Source of the DNA: a virus | Direction: 5' to 3' (one strand) | DNA length: 64,000 nt | IMG/VR virus record: IMGVR_UViG_3300037470_000672 | Span: 96,001 to 160,000 of that record | In this document: positions 1 to 9,662 of the stretch, piece after piece | How the letters are laid out: every line of letters begins with the position of its first letter | Position numbering within the stretch: the first letter of the stretch is position 1 | Notes under the pieces: model-generated | Databases searched by the model: none | What the model saw: the letters and a program-made list of their open reading frames with translations, nothing else | What the model was told of the DNA's origin: nothing | Position numbers and translations under genes: made by a program

Positions 1-1
1 C

Positions 2-190
2 AGAGACCAACGGAGCGACAAAGGTCCCAAGGTAACCCCCGTCCCCTAGGTCTACAGAAAGATCAACTGGACTCACACCGATAGGTACACCCGATGCGTC
101 CCTCACTGCGGAACGAGGGAACAACCCAACAGACCCGCCCGGACTGACCACTCCAACCAGAACGATTGAGCCTACTTTTGTCTCGATCAT
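2..190 (-). CDS. Partial hypothetical (likely virion/tail-associated) protein running off the left edge
   Basis: ATG at 190, open frame to the window edge: MIETKVGSIVLVGVVSPGGSVGLFPRSAVRDASG...; follows the LamG gene. Not in the ORF track. Confidence 0.6.
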   Translation of the reverse strand, partial: MIETKVGSIVLVGVVSPGGSVGLFPRSAVRDASGVPIGVSPVDLSVDLGDGGYLGTFVAPLVS

Positions 191-206
191 GCGGTCAACC
201 TTACCC

Positions 207-2402
207 CTACACCAAAGAAAGCATTTTCCTACCCTGCCGATAGATGTCGAATATCTGGCTCGTCGTCAATAGCACGCCGGGCCAGAACGCGACCTCGTCC
301 ATCAAGCCGGACCACCACCTAGCTACCGTCCCTGGTAACCCATCGGCGTCGACGCCGATGGTTGACGCGACACCGCTGGTGAAATCTGCGCCAATGAGGG
401 CCGGGTCAGAAGCTGCGTGACGACTGACGCCGTCCACGTACAGCTTGGCTGTACCAGTCGCATTCTCCCACGTGACAGCGATGTGGGTCCACACGTTCCC
501 GGTCACAGGTATCGATACTGGTGAACCAGCTTGAACCACGTTACCTGCACCGTCATCGAGGAAAAAGTTGACGTTTTCTGCGGCCTCAAGGCGCAGAAAC
601 CACCCAGGGAACGACCCAGGCAGTCCAGGCCCGCGATTCTGGATAATCTGTTTCGCGGACGCATCGTTTCCGATGTCCCATAAGACCCAGGCTGCGACTG
701 AAAAGTCCTGGGCATTTATATCTAAACTTCCATCGGGAAGACGGAGATACCCAGTCGTTCCGTCAAAGTCGTACGCTTCTTTCACCTGCCCGACGACACC
801 TGTCGTAATCCCCCCAACGATTGTGGCGTCAAATCCGCCAGTAACGCCGCCATCGGTAAGTACACCTCCTCCCGTGTCGACATCGTCCATGCGCCAGAGA
901 TGCAACGGAGCAGGAAATCCTTCGGCGGCTGGACTGACCAGCGACCGTGACCGCGTGCCCTCACGGTAGACATCGAACATTTCTCCAGCCGTCAGCAATG
1001 CGCTTGGGTAAACCACCACCTCGTCGAGTAATCCAGACCACCACTGAGACAGGGCGCCGGGCAGACCGTCAGCGGCTACACCGATTGTCGATGCGCGTCC
1101 ACTGGTCAAGTTGGCGCCGATCAGTGCCGCGTTGGTAGCCGTACCAGCTTGCTTACCGTTGACGTATACCTTCGCTGTACCGGTCGCATTCTCCCACGTG
1201 ACGCCGATATGGGTCCACACGTTCTGTACGACAGCCGCGACGAGCATGATATCGATGAAGTTTCCAGCACCGTCGTCTACATGCAGAGATGGAACTTCCG
1301 AGTCGAGAATCATGAGATTCCAGCCGGGAACGGTTCCCAAAAAACCGGTGCCTCGGTTCTGTATGATTCGCTTGGAGGCTCCACCAGCCCCGCCGTCCCA
1401 GTTCACCCAAGCCGCGACTGAGAAGTCCTGAGCGTTGACGTCCAGGCTACCATCAGGCAGCCGCAGATACCCGGTAGAACCATCGAAGTCATAGCCCTCG
1501 TTGGCGACGCCGATGTCGCCTGTCTCTACCCCTCCAACGATTGTAGCGTCGGAACCGCCAACGCTCCCAATATCGGTAAGGACTCCGCCGGCAGTGTCTG
1601 CGTCGTTCATGGACCACAGATGCGGAGGGGCTGGAAACGAGGGGTACGCGCCCGTATCGTCTACCTGGGCCTGGTACCTATAGATCGGTACTTCGACCAA
1701 GGCAAAACTGGCATTGACGTTACCGAATTCCGAAAATCGGTATCCTGTAAACCCGTTACTATCCCACGGTTGGTAGTGCGAGGCCGTGTTGGACACCAAC
1801 TCCGTGTGCAGCAGGTTCCATGCACCGCCTCCGACGGTGTCTTCTTGGTAGACATCAATACGGTCCTGAAACGACTCGTCAGTAACCACCAAGCGGAAGC
1901 TGACGACTAGATCGTGCCCTATTGTCGCCCCCGGGACGTTCACGATCGACGTGCCAGACCCGCGAAGGATCAAACGTAAGTCGTATAGACCCGCGGTGTC
2001 TCGCCTGTAAACTAGGCTGTAGCCTTGTGGTGGCACGCCTACAGGGGTTATGGCACTGCGTGCCATCTTAGACGCCAACTCCGAATGGATAGATATCTGA
2101 TCCGATCCAGCCGTCTTAATCATCTTCATGACATACCGGATATCGACTCTGGATCCGAACGGCGGGAATACGAATTTCGCGTCCTGAACCGTGGGTTCTA
2201 GGACTGTTTGAATCATCTCGTCACAGAAAAAGTGCGCCGGCAGCGCGTACATTCTTCCGTACTCGCCTACGTGAAAGCCGATGGCTAGCTCATCGTTGCG
2301 TCGGGCGACAGCCTGCCCTCGCAGACCTAGAAACTGGTTGGTTACGTCGCCACCGCCAGAGCAGCTAAATGCGTTTGAGATGAACCAGTCTTGATTTGCC
2401 AC
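207..2402 (-). CDS. Putative tail fibre/receptor-binding protein with two tandem LamG (ConA-like lectin) domains
   Basis: Two ~225-aa repeats with LamG hallmarks (YDFDGxxGY, FSVAAWV, WTHIxVTW, K(L/V)YV(D/N)G, GL(M/L)DEV); lies downstream of the baseplate genes. Confidence 0.8.
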   Translation of the reverse strand: MANQDWFISNAFSCSGGGDVTNQFLGLRGQAVARRNDELAIGFHVGEYGRMYALPAHFFCDEMIQTVLEPTVQDAKFVFPPFGSRVDIRYVMKMIKTAGSDQISIHSELASKMARSAITPVGVPPQGYSLVYRRDTAGLYDLRLILRGSGTSIVNVPGATIGHDLVVSFRLVVTDESFQDRIDVYQEDTVGGGAWNLLHTELVSNTASHYQPWDSNGFTGYRFSEFGNVNASFALVEVPIYRYQAQVDDTGAYPSFPAPPHLWSMNDADTAGGVLTDIGSVGGSDATIVGGVETGDIGVANEGYDFDGSTGYLRLPDGSLDVNAQDFSVAAWVNWDGGAGGASKRIIQNRGTGFLGTVPGWNLMILDSEVPSLHVDDGAGNFIDIMLVAAVVQNVWTHIGVTWENATGTAKVYVNGKQAGTATNAALIGANLTSGRASTIGVAADGLPGALSQWWSGLLDEVVVYPSALLTAGEMFDVYREGTRSRSLVSPAAEGFPAPLHLWRMDDVDTGGGVLTDGGVTGGFDATIVGGITTGVVGQVKEAYDFDGTTGYLRLPDGSLDINAQDFSVAAWVLWDIGNDASAKQIIQNRGPGLPGSFPGWFLRLEAAENVNFFLDDGAGNVVQAGSPVSIPVTGNVWTHIAVTWENATGTAKLYVDGVSRHAASDPALIGADFTSGVASTIGVDADGLPGTVARWWSGLMDEVAFWPGVLLTTSQIFDIYRQGRKMLSLV

Positions 2403-3559
2403 TACACCACCAAACCGCCGTCGAGCGTCGTGTTCGCCAGGAAGGCTAGTTCGCCCTGCGTGAGGGCCGTGCCCCTGTACACGATTAGGTCATCTATGCG
2501 CCCGTTGTTTAGCGTTTGATCCCAGTCGTTAGGATCTGGATTGCCTGTGGCCCTGCTACCCGCGATTGTCGCGTTTGCGTTGGCGAAACTAGCGCCGATG
2601 AGATTCGTGTCGACGACTTCATTCCGAATCTGTGGCCCGTCAGCTCTAAACGAGCTGCTGTAGAATCTGGCTCTACCGAGAGCGGTTTCCCAGGTAAGGG
2701 CGATGAAGAAGAACGCTGCCGCTTTTACCAAGAGGGCAGCGCCCACGCCTACGTAAGCGGGATGCCAGATTGCATCAAACACGATCACGTTCGCGCCAGA
2801 CTCAAGCCTGATTTCATAGCCGGCTGTGCTGTCTATGGCCCAACCCGTACCGCCAGCGGCTGTGGTGTTGCCGATGATGCGCCCACGATTGACGGAGCCG
2901 GATTCTATCTGGACCCAGCCGGCGACGGTGAAATCTTCGTTGTCGAAGTCACAGGATGCGCCTACAGACAGCGACGGCCCCAAGCCATCACCACCCGGCG
3001 ACGTGGGTATGAACAGTGCGCCGTCAACTGATCGGATTAAGCCTGTCGTAATGACAGATGCCCCGTCTTGTAGGCCGCCGTCTATTCCGCCGGAACCTCG
3101 ATCTGCGACAACCGCGCCGCTGACGTCTGCCGTAGCGAACGCCCAGTAGTGTGTGGGAACGCCCGGGTCTTGGACATCCGTCCCGAGGCCCTGCCCCCAC
3201 AGGCCGTCTTGCTCGAAGTCTTCTACATAGGCGGCTATGGGTTCAACGAATACTGCTAGGGCCACAAAATCAGTTAATTCCGACGCCGGTACGGGAGCTT
3301 GTACTCCTATCGGGTCTGGCGCGTTTTCCGTAATCCAGTACACGTGCCTTTGAGGCAAGGTGAACTTGAACGCGCGGTTGATGAAGTTTTCTACCCCACC
3401 TCCATAGGTGCCCAGATCGATTATGTCAGCCAGCTCCCCTGCTGGCACAGGCGCCTGCGCGCCTGCGGAGTCTGGGGTGTTGATGGACGGCCAGTACACG
3501 AACCTAATAGGGTCCGTGACCTTGAGTGCTCGCATCAGGAAGGTCAGGTCTACTGCCAC
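2402..3559 (-). CDS. LamG-domain tail/baseplate-associated protein
   Basis: C-terminal LamG-like FTVAGWV...GRIDDLIVY; N-terminal short repeat PD(S/P)xGxQAPVPAxEL. Confidence 0.7.
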   Translation of the reverse strand: MAVDLTFLMRALKVTDPIRFVYWPSINTPDSAGAQAPVPAGELADIIDLGTYGGGVENFINRAFKFTLPQRHVYWITENAPDPIGVQAPVPASELTDFVALAVFVEPIAAYVEDFEQDGLWGQGLGTDVQDPGVPTHYWAFATADVSGAVVADRGSGGIDGGLQDGASVITTGLIRSVDGALFIPTSPGGDGLGPSLSVGASCDFDNEDFTVAGWVQIESGSVNRGRIIGNTTAAGGTGWAIDSTAGYEIRLESGANVIVFDAIWHPAYVGVGAALLVKAAAFFFIALTWETALGRARFYSSSFRADGPQIRNEVVDTNLIGASFANANATIAGSRATGNPDPNDWDQTLNNGRIDDLIVYRGTALTQGELAFLANTTLDGGLVV

Positions 3560-3563
3560 AGCG

Positions 3564-4457
3564 CTACCAAGAGGTCCCGTTGTTCAAAGACCGCGTAGCG
3601 CTGTCGTACCCGTCTTGTATAGCGCCCTGGATCGCCTCCGAAGAAGCGAAGAAGTCACCTCCCTCCAAATCCGTCTTGAGCGCCAGCCGTAGAAGCTCTA
3701 CCCCCTCCTCTTCAGCGTCTTCTATGGAGCGGCGCATATTACCGTCAATCGTACCGAGGACGTTGCGCAAGAGCAGATCGATGTTGTCTTTCACCGGTAC
3801 CAGCTCTGCGCCCTCGATAGGGGCAGCCAAAGCTACGAGGCTAATCTCCCCGAAGTAGAGAGCTACGACCCTCTTCTGGTCCTTGGGGATGCTGAGGTTC
3901 GCCAACCACCCGCCGTCCTGAAGCATGGCCTTGCCCCACATCGTCGGATCGAAGATGGGTGCCGGAAGAGTCATCGAAGCGAGGACAGCAAGAGGTAGGT
4001 CGATATCGGAAGCCGTGAACAGCACCGGATGCGTTGTCTGAAGATTCACCTGCGTCGCCGTGATGCGAAGAGGGAGCTGGGCATCGCCTATGGTGGGGGG
4101 CATCAGCTCGCGAAACAACTTGAGCATCTTGGTGGTCTTGAAGACTCCCTTCGGTCCGCGACGAAAGACCTTGGTGAGCGTCCACTCCCAAAATTGCCAA
4201 CGAACCGTGAGATAGCTGAGGAGACGAAACTTCCCGGCAAGCCGAATCAGCTCATTCACGGATTCCGTCGGCTTGGTCGGGTCCCACACCTTTCCCAGCA
4301 TGGCGGCGACCACAGCACCCCCAGACGTCCCTGTAGCACCAGTGAAACGGTACCCGTGCTCTACCAGGGCCTTGAGAGCGCCCAGGAATGCGTAAAGCTT
4401 CATCCCACTACCTGAGAGAACCAGCCAAACCTGCTTCTCGTTCGGGACAGGGATCAT
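3564..4457 (-). CDS. Patatin-like phospholipase
   Basis: Gly-rich loop LVLSGSGMK, nucleophile GTSGG (GxSxG) and catalytic DGG; ATGA overlap with the baseplate J stop. Confidence 0.9.
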   Translation of the reverse strand: MIPVPNEKQVWLVLSGSGMKLYAFLGALKALVEHGYRFTGATGTSGGAVVAAMLGKVWDPTKPTESVNELIRLAGKFRLLSYLTVRWQFWEWTLTKVFRRGPKGVFKTTKMLKLFRELMPPTIGDAQLPLRITATQVNLQTTHPVLFTASDIDLPLAVLASMTLPAPIFDPTMWGKAMLQDGGWLANLSIPKDQKRVVALYFGEISLVALAAPIEGAELVPVKDNIDLLLRNVLGTIDGNMRRSIEDAEEEGVELLRLALKTDLEGGDFFASSEAIQGAIQDGYDSATRSLNNGTSW

Positions 4458-6616
4458 GAGGCTTCCTCATCCAAGACCGTCGAAAGCGTGACCGTCCCCT
4501 TGGTGATGACCTCCGTATCCTCCACAAGGAGGTTTCCCAAGGTGTCCAGCTTGTCGGTCACGAGGTTGTCGTCGCGATCTAGAGACCCATTGACGGTAGC
4601 GTCGATGAAGCTGACTCCCTCAACAAGGGTCGCGACGTCTATGATGTTCGAGCGGAAAAGAGACCTCCCGAACCGGCGATCTCGGAGAAGATTGTCAACT
4701 GCGGTCGCGACCGCAGCGAGGACCGTGCTCTCGGCGTTTCCAGGAATCACGCCGATACGAACGGTAACAACAGCGCGAATGAGGAAGTCCTCACCAGAGA
4801 CTACCTCAACCGTCTGGGTAACCTCCTTGCGCGCTTCGAGAAACTGCTCCAGCGCGTTGATGAGCCCCAGGCTGGGCGCGGCGAAGAACCCGGAGGCGTC
4901 ACGCGCGAGGATGGGCACGATGACCACATTGGACTTGCAGTCGTCGGACAAAATCTTGTCGAAGTGCTCGTTGATGACGGTGGTCTGGTTGGACACCTCG
5001 GTCCGGGTGTCCTGGATAGTCGCTTCGATGCTGTCTACGGACGCTCGGGTGGTGAGTACCTCGGCCGAGATGCTCTGGGTCTGTGCCTGAATTTGCCCCA
5101 ACTCCTCTTCCGTATCCGTAAGGCCGATGTCGGCCAGAGCGTCGCGGGCGCTCCCCATACCTGTGATCTGAGACTCCACGCTCCCCTTCAACGATGACGC
5201 AGCGCCCGAAATAGACCCGTTCTCTGTGTTGATCCGATCAAAGAACGTCTTGATGGAGTCCTTGTCGGCGGTTGTAAGCGTTGAGCTTCCCCCTGTGGTG
5301 ATACCGTCCACGAACGCTTTACCGTCCGTGACCTTGGTCGAGATGCCACCTGTGTCAGCGCCGATCTCATCTGCTCGGTTCTTGGCATCCCGCGCCGCGT
5401 CGATAGCGGTCACCAGGTCAGCGTCCGCAGCAGCGGTCAGAGCCGCGATGTCTGTCCTGTTCTGGTCGATCTCGGCGACGGCCGCGTCGATCGCGTCCAT
5501 GTCCGCTTCGATGGCAGGAGCTTCTGTGTCCACTACAGCTAGGGGCTGGATGGATGCGCCTTCAATGGCGATGGTGGCGCTCTGCACCACCAGATCCGCA
5601 GCCGCCGAACGCGCAGTAAACGCATGAGCCACCGCTACCCGACCAAAGAGCGGGTCTGAGAAGGCGTTGGCAAGGCTCTCGTAGTCCTCGCGGGTGACAG
5701 CCGCGCCTCGGGTCTTGAAGACCTTGGGGCCGTTGATTTTGGCTGAAGAAATCGTCTCAGGATCGTCCCCCGCTACCGAACCCAATGGGTTGTCGATAAC
5801 CAGCCCTATCTCCTGAAACGCTACTACCAAGGGAGTCACCACCCCCTGGATAGTGTTCTGGTTGACCAACCCAGCCTTACCACGAGAAGCCACGTAGGTG
5901 ACGTTGATGGTCGCGCCGGTCGTGGGAACGTTACCCGCTACACCGTCCCCAAAGGTGATCGTTGGGGGCTCGCCGTTGAAGTTGATCTCGTATTGGTCGG
6001 TCTCATCGAAGGCTATGAATTCCGCCTCCTCCCACTCAGCCCCGTCAACCGTGACCGTCGCTGAGCCTTGGACGATGAACTTGTCGTCCGGTACTCTGGC
6101 TAGCTCGAACTCTTGGAGCGCCGTGCCGTCCGAGACGAAGGTCTCGGTGATGGTCTCGCCCTCGAAGCACGGCACAATCTGAAAGTCACTAGGCCCGTCT
6201 CCCGGAGCGAACGTGACCGATTCAGCCGCCTCGAAAATTAGACCGTTCGGGCCGGCGAACTGAAAACCGGACGGAACAGGAACAGCAAAACCCTTCACCT
6301 CCGCAAGGGAGACCTGGAGGTCCACTGAGCTTGCGACTGCGGCCCCCATCTTGTACCCGATCTGTCGGGTGAGCTTAGAAACGCTCTTCCGCGTCCTGGC
6401 TGTGACCAAGTAGCTATCACTGGCGCGTCGATCGAGGAAAAAGCTGAATCCGTCAAGCCCGAACGAGACCATATCCATCAGCAAAATGCCGAGAGAACTG
6501 ACCGCGAAATCGTTGAAATCAGCGGCAAACTGTATTTGCAATCTCGCCCGAAGGTCGTCCTCTATTGTATCGAAATCCAGACCAGTGTACCTGGCTCTGT
6601 TGATCTCTCGACCCAT
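4454..6616 (-). CDS. Baseplate wedge protein (baseplate J / T4 gp6-like) with long helical insertion
   Basis: N-terminal DFDTIEDDL..., ITFGDGVAGNVP, RGAAVTREDYE motifs; follows the gp25-like gene. Confidence 0.88.
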   Translation of the reverse strand: MGREINRARYTGLDFDTIEDDLRARLQIQFAADFNDFAVSSLGILLMDMVSFGLDGFSFFLDRRASDSYLVTARTRKSVSKLTRQIGYKMGAAVASSVDLQVSLAEVKGFAVPVPSGFQFAGPNGLIFEAAESVTFAPGDGPSDFQIVPCFEGETITETFVSDGTALQEFELARVPDDKFIVQGSATVTVDGAEWEEAEFIAFDETDQYEINFNGEPPTITFGDGVAGNVPTTGATINVTYVASRGKAGLVNQNTIQGVVTPLVVAFQEIGLVIDNPLGSVAGDDPETISSAKINGPKVFKTRGAAVTREDYESLANAFSDPLFGRVAVAHAFTARSAAADLVVQSATIAIEGASIQPLAVVDTEAPAIEADMDAIDAAVAEIDQNRTDIAALTAAADADLVTAIDAARDAKNRADEIGADTGGISTKVTDGKAFVDGITTGGSSTLTTADKDSIKTFFDRINTENGSISGAASSLKGSVESQITGMGSARDALADIGLTDTEEELGQIQAQTQSISAEVLTTRASVDSIEATIQDTRTEVSNQTTVINEHFDKILSDDCKSNVVIVPILARDASGFFAAPSLGLINALEQFLEARKEVTQTVEVVSGEDFLIRAVVTVRIGVIPGNAESTVLAAVATAVDNLLRDRRFGRSLFRSNIIDVATLVEGVSFIDATVNGSLDRDDNLVTDKLDTLGNLLVEDTEVITKGTVTLSTVLDEEAS

Positions 6617-6999
6617 CAGATAGCTCCGTTGGTCGGGATCATCGTAGTGATCGTGTCTTGCCGGCCGCTCGACGCTACCACGTAGAGCACGTCCACCTGA
6701 ACTTCCTGAGAGTCGCGAAGGTTCAGGACGTTGACGTCCTGAATGATAGCGCGGGGCTCGTGCTTGCCGATAACGGCGATGACCTCGGAGCGAATCATCT
6801 CTGCTAACACGTCATCGTTGTTCTCGAAAACAAACGAAAAGACGTTCGAGCCCACGCCCGGGCGCATAACGCGCTCGCCTTTGGCCACAAGCATGAGCTG
6901 GATGATGCTCTGGCGGACCAATTCGTCGTCCGTGACGGGCGCCGGAAACTCCGTCTGGCTCTTCTTGAACGGGAAGTTGAGGCCACGAAACAGCACCAT
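6616..6999 (-). CDS. Baseplate gp25/GPW-like protein
   Basis: LVRQSIIQLMLVAKGERVMRPGVGS...EPRA pattern; 127 aa; between spike and baseplate J. Confidence 0.9.
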   Translation of the reverse strand: MVLFRGLNFPFKKSQTEFPAPVTDDELVRQSIIQLMLVAKGERVMRPGVGSNVFSFVFENNDDVLAEMIRSEVIAVIGKHEPRAIIQDVNVLNLRDSQEVQVDVLYVVASSGRQDTITTMIPTNGAI

Positions 7000-7008
7000 G
7001 GTCGGAGC

Positions 7009-7899
7009 CTACTCCAAAAAGACCTTGCGCGAGGCTACGGTCCCTTCAGTGGTGGGTATGGGCGGCCCTGTAACCCCCGCCGCGGTACCAGCGGAAGGCG
7101 TGCCGGGTGGAGACGTAACGGGGACGGCCACGACAAGTCCGGGTACCTGGTGAGAGTGTGCGGCGAACATCGGGAGCCAATCAGCGAACTTCATCGCGGG
7201 GCTGGTCGCCCCCTCGCCCAGCTTGACAGCAGCTTTAGAGTCGATCACGACCGAGCCCGCTTGCATGGTGACCTTGTTTCCTGCTGCGTCCTCCGCTCGG
7301 ATGCCTGTATTGTCGAAAGTGAGCTTGTTCCCCGATCCGTTCTCCACCACCAAAGACCCGTCCGCGTTGCCCGTGACCTTAGCGCCGTTGGGGTTGGTAA
7401 TCTCAAACGTGTCGTCCGGGAACAGCTTGAAGGACGCGCCATCTTCCTGTCGGATGAGGTGGATGAATTCCTCTCCGGGCTCATCGGAGAAGGCAAGAAC
7501 ATGCCCGCCGGGGGTCTTGAAACCGCGCACCGTTGGAAGGTCTTGAGCGCGATGTCCTAGCTCGCTGGGAACCTCGTCCTCGCCGTACCACCCGCCCCAA
7601 TAGATGACGGGCTTGGAGGGGCGGCCTGCTTCAAAGGCCACCCGGACAGAATCCCCTACCTCCGGCGGCCAGAACATGCCGTGACCGGTCCCTGCGTTCG
7701 GGAAGGAGGGGTCGACCCACACGTTGGGAGGATCGCTCTGCTTGTGCCCCACTTCTGGGGATACGATCTGGATGCGCCCCCGCTGCTCGGGGTCGTCGTT
7801 TCGGGTCACGAGCGCGCGGTACACGCCGGGGTAGACCCGGAAATACTCCAGGCCGAACTGAGAGAGCTTCTCTAGGAAGACGCGAAAGCCCTCGCTCAT
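7009..7899 (-). CDS. Central spike (gp5/gpV-like OB fold plus beta-helix)
   Basis: YRALVTRNDDPEQRGRI...WPPEVGDSVRVAFEAG OB-fold; repeated beta-strands; C-terminal HxH (AAHSHQ) apex motif as in P2 gpV. Confidence 0.88.
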   Translation of the reverse strand: MSEGFRVFLEKLSQFGLEYFRVYPGVYRALVTRNDDPEQRGRIQIVSPEVGHKQSDPPNVWVDPSFPNAGTGHGMFWPPEVGDSVRVAFEAGRPSKPVIYWGGWYGEDEVPSELGHRAQDLPTVRGFKTPGGHVLAFSDEPGEEFIHLIRQEDGASFKLFPDDTFEITNPNGAKVTGNADGSLVVENGSGNKLTFDNTGIRAEDAAGNKVTMQAGSVVIDSKAAVKLGEGATSPAMKFADWLPMFAAHSHQVPGLVVAVPVTSPPGTPSAGTAAGVTGPPIPTTEGTVASRKVFLE

Positions 7900-9335
7900 G
7901 CGAATCCCTGGTCTACCGGGACCCCTAGATCCCGAGCAGAGCGGTCCGACTGTTCAGCCGGCACACCCGCGTTCTTTGGGCCTTGCGCAGGAACCCCGGC
8001 AAGGATGGCTCCGCTGTTGCTCACCCCTTCCCACTCGGTTTCGTAACCACCGCCCGCCCCGAAAGAATGAGTCACCTTGTGGACCATGTAGCGGCCGTTC
8101 TTGTCCTCTGAGATGCGGTCACCGAGTCCGCGGACCATGACCATCTCCCCGGGGACCAGCTCTGGTACGCCCGGCGCGCGTATGATCATCTTTACACCCA
8201 TGTTCGATGTCAGGTTCGAAAACTCCGCCTTGGCGGCCTCCTCGACACGCGGGTCATCTGGAGCGCCGAAATGCTGCGTCGCGCCGTCCTGGCTGTCGTT
8301 CGTACCTGGGAAGTCCTCAGATTCACCTGGCGCGGCTGCACCGTCGTTTGCTCGGGCGGGTAGCGCTTCGGCGTCGCCTACGACTTTAGACGTCACCTCA
8401 CGTGTCTTGGAGTCGACCCCCTGGATAACGAAGCCTCGTAGGGCTCCTGGCATGTAGACAGCCGTGGTCGGGCTGGAGGCGGTGATGATGGGCCATATCC
8501 CGGACGCTGGACCGATGCGGCCTTGGAACCGCCCGGGGTAAAGCTGGAAGGTCTTGGTGGGCTCGGCCTGAAAGCGAGCACTTTTGGGCATGACCTTGAG
8601 CGTAGGGACGGTCACTTCCCCTTGCGCTGTGCGTCGCCTAACGTCTGTTTGAGTCATAAAACACTGGCTCTCATTCACCAAGTTGTAGATAAGCTGGTAG
8701 TCCGTCAAGCTGCCTTGGCTTATCGTCACACTGGTATCGAAAAGAAGACGTTGTTCCTCCGATCCTGGTGGAAGTGCCCGGACTTCACTAAAATCGACAT
8801 CCAAGTTGCGACGGTTTGCTGGGTCAGACCCCTCCGCTAAAAAAGAGATGATGTTGGCACGCGGCTGGTCGTTGAACTGCTGGCGGCCCTCCTGCCTTGT
8901 AGCGCTGAACCCTCCCACTCCCTGAGCGTTGAGCACAATCTGGATGTCCTGCCCGATAGTCACATCGGGTTTGAGCAGCAGCCCTGTGAAGACAGGGGTC
9001 ATAATGCCGGACGGGATCGCGCCTGCGGCGTACCCCATCTGGACTTCGAGCCGAGAAACGCCCCATTCGATCAGTTCGGAGTTGAGGAACTTGATACCCT
9101 CCGTGTACGGAGGGGTGAGCGTGGCGCGGATGACAGGCAGGTAGGCGAGCTGAAGGGTGACGTCGAGCTGTTGAAGCCATGGAAGAGACTCAAGTCCCGA
9201 CGCCAGCACGGTGGCTGGGCTTCCTTGGAGTTGCCCACCTGGTCCGTTGTTCGACCATAGTGGGACCCGATCGCCATCGGCAGTGATGATGGCCGCTGCC
9301 ATGAACGGCGAATGGAAGTCGTACGAGATCGTCAC
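7896..9335 (-). CDS. Baseplate hub (gp27/late control D/VgrG N-terminal-like)
   Basis: RLEVQMGY...FTG and PGVPELVPGEMVMVRGLG...GRYMVHKVTHSF motifs; start re-assigned to the GTG at 9335 overlapping the LysM stop (GTGA). Confidence 0.8.
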   Translation of the reverse strand: MTISYDFHSPFMAAAIITADGDRVPLWSNNGPGGQLQGSPATVLASGLESLPWLQQLDVTLQLAYLPVIRATLTPPYTEGIKFLNSELIEWGVSRLEVQMGYAAGAIPSGIMTPVFTGLLLKPDVTIGQDIQIVLNAQGVGGFSATRQEGRQQFNDQPRANIISFLAEGSDPANRRNLDVDFSEVRALPPGSEEQRLLFDTSVTISQGSLTDYQLIYNLVNESQCFMTQTDVRRRTAQGEVTVPTLKVMPKSARFQAEPTKTFQLYPGRFQGRIGPASGIWPIITASSPTTAVYMPGALRGFVIQGVDSKTREVTSKVVGDAEALPARANDGAAAPGESEDFPGTNDSQDGATQHFGAPDDPRVEEAAKAEFSNLTSNMGVKMIIRAPGVPELVPGEMVMVRGLGDRISEDKNGRYMVHKVTHSFGAGGGYETEWEGVSNSGAILAGVPAQGPKNAGVPAEQSDRSARDLGVPVDQGFA

Positions 9336-9646
9336 CGAGGCGCCCCCTTGAAGAGGCGCTGCGTCACAAAGATGGGGGAGGGGATGCGCAAAGTGGCGCC
9401 GATGTGGAAGCCGAACGGCGGCAGCTCGATGTTGTTGGCCGCTGCGATAACCCACCAGAGCACAGGGTCGCCGTAGAAGCGCTGGGCCAGCAGGTCGAAG
9501 CGCTCGCCGTCTTTCACCCGGTAGGTGATGTCATCGGGCTGCTCAGGGATCTCAGGAAGGTCGAGCACGTCAAAGAACTCCGTCCCGTCCACCAACACGA
9601 AGTCAGCGAAGCGTAGGCGGCTGTTCTGGACGACCTTCCGGGCCAC
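9332..9646 (-). CDS. LysM-domain baseplate protein (gp53/tail X-like)
   Basis: YRVKDGERFDLLAQRFYGDPVLWWVIAAAN...LRIP. Confidence 0.9.
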   Translation of the reverse strand: MARKVVQNSRLRFADFVLVDGTEFFDVLDLPEIPEQPDDITYRVKDGERFDLLAQRFYGDPVLWWVIAAANNIELPPFGFHIGATLRIPSPIFVTQRLFKGAPR

Positions 9647-9662
9647 AGGCTCCTCTCAGACC

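Noticed and set aside
207-1640. LamG repeats as diversity-generating retroelement TR/VR
   Set aside because: Both repeats are in frame within one gene, differences are not evidently adenine-specific, and no reverse transcriptase is in the window.
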